The translations under genes were made by a program, and so were the position numbers. Below, piece after piece: positions 18,543 to 26,083 of a DNA stretch of 64,000 bases; within the stretch, counting starts at the first letter, position 1, and each line of letters begins with the position of its first letter. The notes below the pieces were generated by a model. That model searched no databases, had not been told where the DNA came from, and saw nothing but the letters and a program-made list of their open reading frames with translations. Location: NCBI GenBank assembly GCA_965222605.1, contig OZ244960.1:928001-992000 (forward strand), written 5' to 3'. Source of the DNA: Candidatus Latescibacterota bacterium (lineage in GTDB: Bacteria > Latescibacterota > UBA2968).

Positions 18543-18691
18543 GATATAGAAATCTTGCATTAGGTTCTCGAAACTGGGTAATCGCGGCAGGGATGCCGCT
18601 CCCACAGTAAGCGAGTTGTAGGAGGGAAATCCTTTTCCCGACTCTGCGACAGCTTGAGCAGGCAACAGACCATGCAAAGTTAATTCTTATC
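18543..18691. repeat. MITE/REPIN-like element containing two oppositely oriented GT(A/G)G-type REP palindromes
   Basis: Imperfect terminal IR: GATATAGAAATCTTGCAT / ATGCAAAGTTAATTCTTATC. REPs: GTGGGAGCGGCATCCCTGCCGCGA (minus, 18582-18605) and GTAGGAGGGAAATCCTTTTCCCGA (plus, 18618-18641). Confidence 0.55.
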
Positions 18692-18692
18692 G

Positions 18693-19016
18693 ATCAGCTA
18701 TGCGTCGCCCCCGCTGGTCGATAGCGTGCATTTCTGCCTGCCGTTCGATTACGCGCAGTGGCAACGCGATCACCCCCGTGCTGCGTCGCGTGATCCGTTG
18801 AGCTCGATCCAGTCTCTGTCCGATCTGGGCTACATCGTCAATGTCGGCCAGGCAGACGCGTACACGCTACCCTCTCCTGCCGCTGCTAAATTGGCGATAG
18901 CATCTGAGCATCAGGTCCCGATTAACTGCATCATAATAGAACCCATCGGCGAGATTGATGAGTACAAGCCAATCGAGTTGAAACCCAGGCGCTTGAGGAT
19001 ACGTGAGGATCAATGA
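18693..19016 (+). pseudogene. Orphan remnant: C-terminal tail of an M8-like peptidase gene fused to a short unrelated 5' segment
   Basis: 18805-19016 is a close DNA copy of 11988-12199 (IQSLSDLGYIVNVGQADAYTLPSP...EDQ*). No HEXXH motif, signal peptide or RBS. Confidence 0.8.
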
Positions 19017-19097
19017 AATTCCAGTGCTGAGATACAATGCTAAATCTTATAGATCACCCTTAATAACTGCACCATTTACAATTTCAAGGAGACAGCA

Positions 19098-21119
19098 ATG
19101 AAAAACACAATTTTCAATCGAAAAGTCATTGTGTCGATTCTCGTCGTGATGCTGGCGATATGCGGCTTTCCAGGTATGAGCTATGGGTTCTTTGATGATC
19201 TTCTCGATATTTTCGTAGATATTGTCGAAGGCATTGGCAATGTCACCGTCGGGGTGGTCAACCTCGCCGTCGGGGTGACCGATCTCGCCGTTGGAGTTGC
19301 CGATCTCGCCGTCAGTCTCGCGCTCACACATGTCGGGCATACAGATTGTGTCTTGAGCACGGTCTTCAGCCCGGATGGAGCGACACTGGCCAGTGGCAGT
19401 TGCGACTTCACAGTTCTCTTGTGGGATCCCACTGGGCTAATCAGAGTCACCCTGCTGCATCAGTCTCCCGTCTGGAGCACAGCCTTCTGTCCCATCAATA
19501 ACTGTACGCTGGCCAGTGGGACCGAGAACGGCAACCTGCACTTGTGGTTCTCCGACACAGGACAACTCAAAACCACGCTCACAGGGCATACCGCCGCTGT
19601 CCTGAGCACGGTCTTTAGTCCTGTTGATCACAATGTGTTGGCCAGTGGGAGCGCAGATGGAACCATTCGTCTTTGGAATGCCGAAACCGGCGCGCACCAG
19701 CGAACACTTACCGGCCATGCGGACAGTGTCTCGAGTATTGCCTTCCGCCTCGACGGCAGCATGCTCGCCAGTGGGAGCGCAGATGGAACCATTCGTCTTT
19801 GGAATGCCGAAACCGGCGCGCACCAGCGAACACTCACCGGACATACAGGGACCGTCAGGAGCGTAACCTTCAGTATCGATGGCAGCATGCTCGCCAGCGG
19901 AAGTGCGGACGGCACGGTGCGCCTATGGAATCCCCTCGACGGAGAACACCTGACCACGCTCGATCACAAGTCTCCTGTCCTGAGCGTTGCCTTCAGTCCC
20001 GGTGACAGCCTGTTCGCCAGTGGCAGTGCAGATGGCACGGCGCGTTTGTGGGACCCCCTCACCTGGAAAGTCAAGGCCACGCTGGGGCATGAGTCTCCCG
20101 TCTGGAGCATCGCCTTCAGTCCCGATGGCAGCATGCTCGCCAGCGGGGCAGAGGACGGCAAGGTACGCCAGTGGGAACTCACGTCCATAGCCGTGTGTTG
20201 TGACCGGGACTCCGATAAAGATTTCAATATGCTGGATGCGGCGAGAAACGACCACCCTACAAACATCTGGTCGGATGGAACGACCATGTGGGTCGCGGAC
20301 AGATTTGACGATAAGTTATACGCATACAACCTGACCTCCAGAACCCGGGATGCAGCCAAAGACTTCAACGCCTTGCGTGCCGCCGGAAACCGTGGGCCTG
20401 AGGGTATCTGGTCGAACGGGACAACCATGTGGGTCGCGGACTCTTTCGACAAGAAAATTTATGCCTACGACATGAACTCCAGAGCACGGGATTCTGGCAA
20501 GGATTCCAATTCCCTGCGTGCCGCTGGAAACCGTCATCCAGGGGGTATCTGGTCGGATGGAACGACCATGTGGGTATCAGACATCTTTGACCATAAGATA
20601 TATGCCTACAACATGAACTCCAGAGCACGGGATTCTGACAAGGATTTCAATTCCCTGCGTGCTGCTGGAAACCGTCATCCACGGGGGATCTGGTCGGATG
20701 GAACGACCATGTGGGTCGCGGACAGATTTGACGATAAGTTATACGCATACAACCTGACCTCCAGAACCCGGGATGCAGCCAAAGACTTCTACTCCCTGCG
20801 CGGCAACGGAAATACCTGGCCAGAGGGCATCTGGTCGGACGGGACAACCATGTGGGTAGGGGACAAATTTGATAGGAAGCTATACGCCTACGACATGCCG
20901 TCCACCGGGTCCACGACCGAAACACCGGTAGCGCAAGCACCGACCGATTTCAATGGCGATGGCATTGTTGATATTCCCGATTTTTTGCTATTTGTAGATC
21001 ATTTCGGGTTACGTCAAGGCGATGCGGGGTATGATGCGCAGTATGATCTGGATGGCGATGGCAGCATTGGTATTAGCGATTTTCTGATCTTTGTGGATGC
21101 CTTTGGTAAAGAAGGATGA
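19098..21119 (+). CDS. Secreted WD40 propeller, five GIWSDG repeats and C-terminal dockerin-like domain
   Basis: RBS AAGGAG and signal peptide. About 7 WD40 repeats, 5 (G/N)IWS(D/N)GTTMWV repeats, and DFNGDGIVDIPDF...YDLDGDGSIGISDF. Confidence 0.88.
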   Translation: MKNTIFNRKVIVSILVVMLAICGFPGMSYGFFDDLLDIFVDIVEGIGNVTVGVVNLAVGVTDLAVGVADLAVSLALTHVGHTDCVLSTVFSPDGATLASGSCDFTVLLWDPTGLIRVTLLHQSPVWSTAFCPINNCTLASGTENGNLHLWFSDTGQLKTTLTGHTAAVLSTVFSPVDHNVLASGSADGTIRLWNAETGAHQRTLTGHADSVSSIAFRLDGSMLASGSADGTIRLWNAETGAHQRTLTGHTGTVRSVTFSIDGSMLASGSADGTVRLWNPLDGEHLTTLDHKSPVLSVAFSPGDSLFASGSADGTARLWDPLTWKVKATLGHESPVWSIAFSPDGSMLASGAEDGKVRQWELTSIAVCCDRDSDKDFNMLDAARNDHPTNIWSDGTTMWVADRFDDKLYAYNLTSRTRDAAKDFNALRAAGNRGPEGIWSNGTTMWVADSFDKKIYAYDMNSRARDSGKDSNSLRAAGNRHPGGIWSDGTTMWVSDIFDHKIYAYNMNSRARDSDKDFNSLRAAGNRHPRGIWSDGTTMWVADRFDDKLYAYNLTSRTRDAAKDFYSLRGNGNTWPEGIWSDGTTMWVGDKFDRKLYAYDMPSTGSTTETPVAQAPTDFNGDGIVDIPDFLLFVDHFGLRQGDAGYDAQYDLDGDGSIGISDFLIFVDAFGKEG

Positions 21120-21323
21120 TAGAGAATATGCGCTATGATTTGCGCTCTCTATTTGGCAAAGTCGCAGTCTGAAATTGCTAGCAGTTTGATACAAAGGAGG
21201 ATGCCTGAGCGGGTACAGGTGGTCACCAACAAGGGGGTTGATCTCTGTATTTTTGTATAGTATTTCTACTTTATGTCACATAACTTGAGTTATATAAATT
21301 GATAATTTTTTGAGAATCGGTTG

Positions 21324-22766
21324 ATGCGCTCATTTTTATTTTTTTTTCCTTTGTGTGTCTTTGTCTTTTTGTTTTGCACCCCCAAAGACGCGCATACCTC
21401 AACTTCGGTGACGCACACTGACAGTCTTTACAAACACGATCCCTACGATATATCGCAAGCCAGAGTTACCGACAGTACGGATGTCTATGTTACAAAAGCT
21501 TCAAAAGTGAAATATCTCTTGCGATCCCCCCGGTATATCTTGCTAACGATGATCTCTCCTTTGGAGAAATTCGCTATTCAAGTAGAGTATGCCAAACTAT
21601 GGGTTCGCTACTATAAATTTTTCACCAATAAAACGGGTACATTTGGTCTTTTCCCGCACGGGCAATTGGGAGGGGAAACGGGTACAGGGGTCGGGGTGCG
21701 TCTTTTTTACACCAATATCCTGGGGCGTAAGAACGCATTGACTGCACACTATATCTATTCGGGCGAGCAGGGGCAATTTTGCGAAGGTCTGTATATTGAT
21801 CCCAATCTATTGGACACGGGGCTTATTTGGGAAATTCAGGGTGGATATTTGCAAACCAAAAATAGAAATGCCAATATAAACGGCGCAATAGATGACGAAT
21901 CGAGGCTTTTTGAACTCAAAAAAGTTGATGTTGAGACCTCTGTTGAATGGCGTTTGAAAACGAATGAGATCGCATCTTTTGCGCCGCAGTTTAAAATAGT
22001 GGGCAGGCTCGGGTTTTCGCAGCGCGATTTTATGCCTGTATTGGGTGGATTGCAGCCGCTTTCCGACCCGGGATCATCACCACAGGCTCGTCTGCTTAAG
22101 AGGTTGGGCACAAAATTCAAATTTTATCGCTTTGGACTTCAGGTGATGTATGATGACCGCGATTATAAAAAACCAGTTCGCCAGCTTTCTCATCCACCCA
22201 ATTATCGATTTCCAGGCAGGATAGTTACACAATTTGGAGATCAGTTTTATTTTGCAAGAGATATTGGATATCCCGAACGCGGTGGATTTACTACCTTAGA
22301 AAGTGACTGGGTGACAGGTCCTGATCGCATTGCGTTCTACAAGATACGCGCAGAAGCTGCCCGTTATATCACGCTGTTCTGGAAGAACCGAATTCTGGTT
22401 CTGCACGCACGGATGGATAAAATGCGGTCAATTGGGGATGGATTTGTCCCTTATACCGAGTTGATTCAATTGGGTGGCAATGAATCGGCGCGCGGATACA
22501 CACGCGGTTATTTTCGCGGACAGGGAGCATTGCAATTTAATGTGGAGTACCGATATCCAATATGGGATTATTCGAATGTGTTTTTATTTTGGGATGAAGG
22601 GCAAATTTTCGACCATTTTGGCGATTTGAGGTGGGGAGGGTTCCATTCTTCGTGGGGCGGTGGCATTGCATTTCGAACGGAGGTCAATTTGCTCGGCAAA
22701 ATCAAAATTGGGCATAGTACTGCCGAGTGCTTCCTCATCGGATTTACGATGAGTCAGGCATTTTAG
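21324..22766 (+). CDS. Omp85/BamA-TamA family outer-membrane beta-barrel protein (no clear POTRA)
   Basis: Signal peptide, LGG..SARGYTRGYFRG loop-6 motif, NVEYRYPIW, and C-terminal Phe. Confidence 0.8.
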   Translation: MRSFLFFFPLCVFVFLFCTPKDAHTSTSVTHTDSLYKHDPYDISQARVTDSTDVYVTKASKVKYLLRSPRYILLTMISPLEKFAIQVEYAKLWVRYYKFFTNKTGTFGLFPHGQLGGETGTGVGVRLFYTNILGRKNALTAHYIYSGEQGQFCEGLYIDPNLLDTGLIWEIQGGYLQTKNRNANINGAIDDESRLFELKKVDVETSVEWRLKTNEIASFAPQFKIVGRLGFSQRDFMPVLGGLQPLSDPGSSPQARLLKRLGTKFKFYRFGLQVMYDDRDYKKPVRQLSHPPNYRFPGRIVTQFGDQFYFARDIGYPERGGFTTLESDWVTGPDRIAFYKIRAEAARYITLFWKNRILVLHARMDKMRSIGDGFVPYTELIQLGGNESARGYTRGYFRGQGALQFNVEYRYPIWDYSNVFLFWDEGQIFDHFGDLRWGGFHSSWGGGIAFRTEVNLLGKIKIGHSTAECFLIGFTMSQAF

Positions 22767-24085
22767 AAGACGCGGGGAAGACATTCTTTATGAAAAAGGA
22801 TTTAAATAAATTGTGGGTATGGGTGCTTATGGCCTGTGTTGCTGCCGAGGTTGAAGCGATCGACCGCCATTTATCAACTGCGCCAATCAAGTGGTTTGAT
22901 CCCGATAATCGCAGTGTTGCTCAACCCAAAGTAATTAAAAGGAATCTGATATGGGACATGGTCGATCACTCTTTTGTTTATCCAATGACTAAGAAACTGG
23001 ATTTGGGATGGAGTGCGCGGCGGGTCGGAAATATTCTGAATATTGCGCCAACTCGTCAGGCAGATAATATCAATGTGCTGGATGAAGTACCCAATTCATC
23101 GTGGTACACGAATCGGCATTTTCTTGTGCGGATGGATGCAGTGGTATTGGCCAAAGGGCCGGGGCACGCGCATCCAGATACGAGCGGTTCATGGGAGATT
23201 ATATCGGGAAATTTTGAGAGCCAGGCGCCTGAGTTTACAATTCAGGACGCAAAAGAGGATGTTTATTTTTTGAAGTTTGATACCAAAGGTTATGAGGAAC
23301 TGGCGACAACTGCCGAGGTTGTATCGACAAAAATTCTGTATGCCGCGGGCTATCACGTACCGCAAAATTCCGTTGTTTTTTTTCGGCCAGAGTGGCTTAC
23401 CATCGGTTCTGAGGCGGAGGTGGTTGATGGTGAGGGAAGGCGCAGGTCCATGACAGATGCAGACTTGCAAAATATACTGTCTTCTATTGAAAAGCAAGCT
23501 AAGGGGCATATCCGGTGCCTGGCAAGCAAGAGATTAACGGGTATTCCTCTCGGTGTTTTTGATTTTCACGGTCGGCGGAAAGACGATCCCAATGATCGCG
23601 TGAAACACCAGCATCGGAGGGAGTTACGAGGGTTGCGAGCGATCTCTTCGTGGATCAATGATGTAGATAGACGTGCAGCCAACACCCTGAATATGTTTGT
23701 GACTGATGAACAGGGACGTCAATATATCAAACATTATTTGATCAATATGGACGCGACTTTGGGTAGTAGTTCGGTGCGGCCTCACACGCCCAGGTCAGGA
23801 AATGAGTATTTTGTCGATTTTCGCTATATTGTTCCATCAGTTTTGGGTCTGGGGCTGTATCGAAAGGCGTGGGAAGATGCAAAGCCCATACATTTTCCAT
23901 CAATTGGTTATTTGGAGAGCGATGTATTTTCGCCCAGACGGTGGGTTACCAATTATCCCAATCCGGCTTTTCAGCGGTGATTGCTATAATAAAGGGTAAA
24001 GAAAAAAGTTGAGTAAACAGGCCATAGTTGCCAAATTCGAAGATTGCAAAAAAACCATTTAATTATCTTCTTCGAGGAGGCAACC

Positions 24086-25354
24086 ATGGCCAAGCATCAC
24101 AAGCAAATCGAGTATGTAGAACCCAACACCTTGATCGTTGGCATTGATATCGGTAAATCGGTTCACTTCGTCAAGATGATGTTAGAAGGCAGGCAGATCG
24201 CCGCATTCAAACTCTACAATGAAGGTATGTCCTTTATGTCATTGCTCGACAAAATCCGACAGGTTGAAAAGCACCATCAGTGTGCGGCAACCCTGATTGG
24301 TATGGAACCTACTGGACATTATTGGTTGCCGTTGGCCTACTTTCTGCGGGCTCATAAACAGCCCTTCGTCCTGATTCAGCCTTCCCATGTGCGCTGGTCG
24401 AAAGAGATGGGGGACAACAGTCCCTTAAAAACAGACGACAAGGATGCTGGTGTCATCGCTGAACTGGTACGCCAGGGCAAGTCTCACAGGGCCTATCTGC
24501 CTGAAGGGGTCTATGCCGATTTGCGTGCCTTGACAGCGATGCGCTATGAAAAGAAAGATCAAATCACAGCGGCTAAAAACGTGCTTCATCGTATCCTGGA
24601 TGTCCTCTTTCCTGAGTTTGTGTCCCTCTTCAGCGATATAACAGGCAAAACCGCACAACAGATCCTCAACGTAGCACCTACGCCTTTGCAGATACAAGCC
24701 CTTGGCATTGATGAACTTACTCTCCTGATCCAAAAGGCATCAAATCGTCGCCTCTCCAAAGCCAAAGCACAGGCCGTCCTTGAAGCGGCTTCCACCTCCA
24801 TTGGCGTGAACCAGGCCATAGACAGTATCTGCCTCGAACTGATGCAAACCCTCTGCTTAATGGATCTGCTTAAAACCCAACTGCAAGAAATCGAAACCCA
24901 AATGAACGAACACCTACAACATATACCCCAAGCAGGATATATGTGCTCAATCCCTGGACTGGGACCAATCAGTGTGGCATCTATACTCGGCGAAACAGGC
25001 CCCTTTGAGGCTTATCAAGCACCTGAACAACTCATCAAACTGGCTGGCTTAAACCTCTTTGAAATCTCTTCAGGATATAAAAAGGGCACACGAAGAATCG
25101 CCAAAAGGGGACGCGCAAGACTTAGACGCATCCTCTATACAGCGGTCTTTCCTCTCATCTTCCATAATCCCATCTTCAAGGAGGCCTATCACCGATTTAA
25201 AGGGGCAGGAAAACCCACACAAAAAGCCATTATTGCCCTTTGCTCTAAACTCTTACGCATCCTCTTCGCGCTGGTCAATAAACAAGAAACTTTCAACATA
25301 AACTGCAACACCAAAAAGGAAAAGGTAGTATCTCAAGTAAAAAAAGCAGCTTAA
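24086..25354 (+). CDS. IS110-family DEDD transposase/recombinase
   Basis: RBS GAGGAGG. GIDIGK, GMEPTGHYW and KTDDKDA form the DEDD set. C-terminal SIPGLG and AGL...SSG...KRGRARLR. Confidence 0.95.
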   Translation: MAKHHKQIEYVEPNTLIVGIDIGKSVHFVKMMLEGRQIAAFKLYNEGMSFMSLLDKIRQVEKHHQCAATLIGMEPTGHYWLPLAYFLRAHKQPFVLIQPSHVRWSKEMGDNSPLKTDDKDAGVIAELVRQGKSHRAYLPEGVYADLRALTAMRYEKKDQITAAKNVLHRILDVLFPEFVSLFSDITGKTAQQILNVAPTPLQIQALGIDELTLLIQKASNRRLSKAKAQAVLEAASTSIGVNQAIDSICLELMQTLCLMDLLKTQLQEIETQMNEHLQHIPQAGYMCSIPGLGPISVASILGETGPFEAYQAPEQLIKLAGLNLFEISSGYKKGTRRIAKRGRARLRRILYTAVFPLIFHNPIFKEAYHRFKGAGKPTQKAIIALCSKLLRILFALVNKQETFNINCNTKKEKVVSQVKKAA

Positions 25355-25535
25355 GCTCCTGGGATGAGCAGGATAGAACGAAGTTGTACATACGGGCTTT
25401 GACCCTGAAGCGGTGACCTATTCGCCTGCCTTCTCAGGAGCTTGAATGAAGCAATTTAAGGGCACTGACCCTGAATGACATACCTGTGTAAAGCCCTGAG
25501 ATATATCTGGCAGGAATACCTGCTCGCGCTCGAAT
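25353..25535 (+). ncRNA. Predicted bridge/seek RNA of the IS110 element
   Basis: Stem AAGCTCCTG/CAGGAGCTT encloses TTGTACA and AGCGGTG, which match the target flanks. A second loop holds AGCAAT and ATACCTG, which match the donor junction. Both loops contain GGGCnnTGACCCTGA. RNA ends are approximate. Confidence 0.8.
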
Positions 25536-26083
25536 TTGGCACTTTTTCTACTTGACTTTCTTATACCTGTACAAATCGCGATGGGTACTGGGGGGCAAAA
25601 ATTGCAATGGCGTTTAGCGATGCGGATTTGGCAGCTATTGTGAAAATAGGGCATTTGAGTGACAAGAAGGCTGAAGAGAGACTCATTCAACTTTTGATTG
25701 CACGCCGCGATAAGGTGGGCGATTACTGGTTTCGACGCATAAATCCGCTGGATCGCTTTTGGATTGACAGACGAGGATTGCATTTTGAGGATCTGGCGAT
25801 TGTGGGAAATCTGGCTGCTGAAGCAGAGACCCGGTATTTTTATCAATTTTTGAGTCGCGATGGAAAGGCGCAGGGTGCTGTGCGTCAACTCGATACGTCA
25901 GGGCACATACCCATACCACGCGATTTGCCGGATGGACAATATTACGGGATAGAGATTCGGACCATGAGGTCCGGATGGGCAGATAAGTACGTTCGGGTTT
26001 ATTTTTTTGTTTGGAATGTCGGGCTATATCAGATTGTACGGGTTGATCGGCAGGAGTAGTTTCAATCAAAGGCCGGGAATCAA

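Larger units (their letters stand above)
23980..25569 (+). mobile_element. IS110-family (IS1111-like) insertion sequence, about 1.59 kb, TG core
   Basis: Boundaries are set by restoring the host ORF. TG occurs at both junctions (23978-79 and 25568-69). Sub-terminal IR TATAATAAAG / CTTTCTTATA. Long non-coding right end. Confidence 0.92.
22790..26059 (+). pseudogene. Exported atypical kinase-fold protein (559 aa when restored), interrupted by an IS110 element
   Basis: 22790-23979 and 25570-26059 join in frame as ..YPNPAFQR-C-TNRDGYWGAKIAMAFSD... Kinase-like motifs: YFLKFD, AEVVSTKILYAAGYHVP, WINDVDRRAANT. Confidence 0.85.

Noticed and set aside
11988-19016. Peptidase tail duplicate as a DGR template/variable repeat pair
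   Set aside because: Differences run in both directions, are mostly transitions and are not adenine-specific. No reverse transcriptase in the window.
200-21000. Regular DNA repeats as a CRISPR array
   Set aside because: All are in-frame protein repeats (LRR, CARDB, WD40, GIWSDG) with no unique spacers and no cas genes.
21195-21260. AAAGGAGG followed by a 19-codon ORF, and a similar short ORF at 17054-17163
   Set aside because: Too short, poor RBS spacing in the first case, and no supporting features.
25418-25888. 156-aa minus-strand ORF as an IS passenger gene
   Set aside because: Crosses the IS boundary and is antisense to the interrupted host gene.
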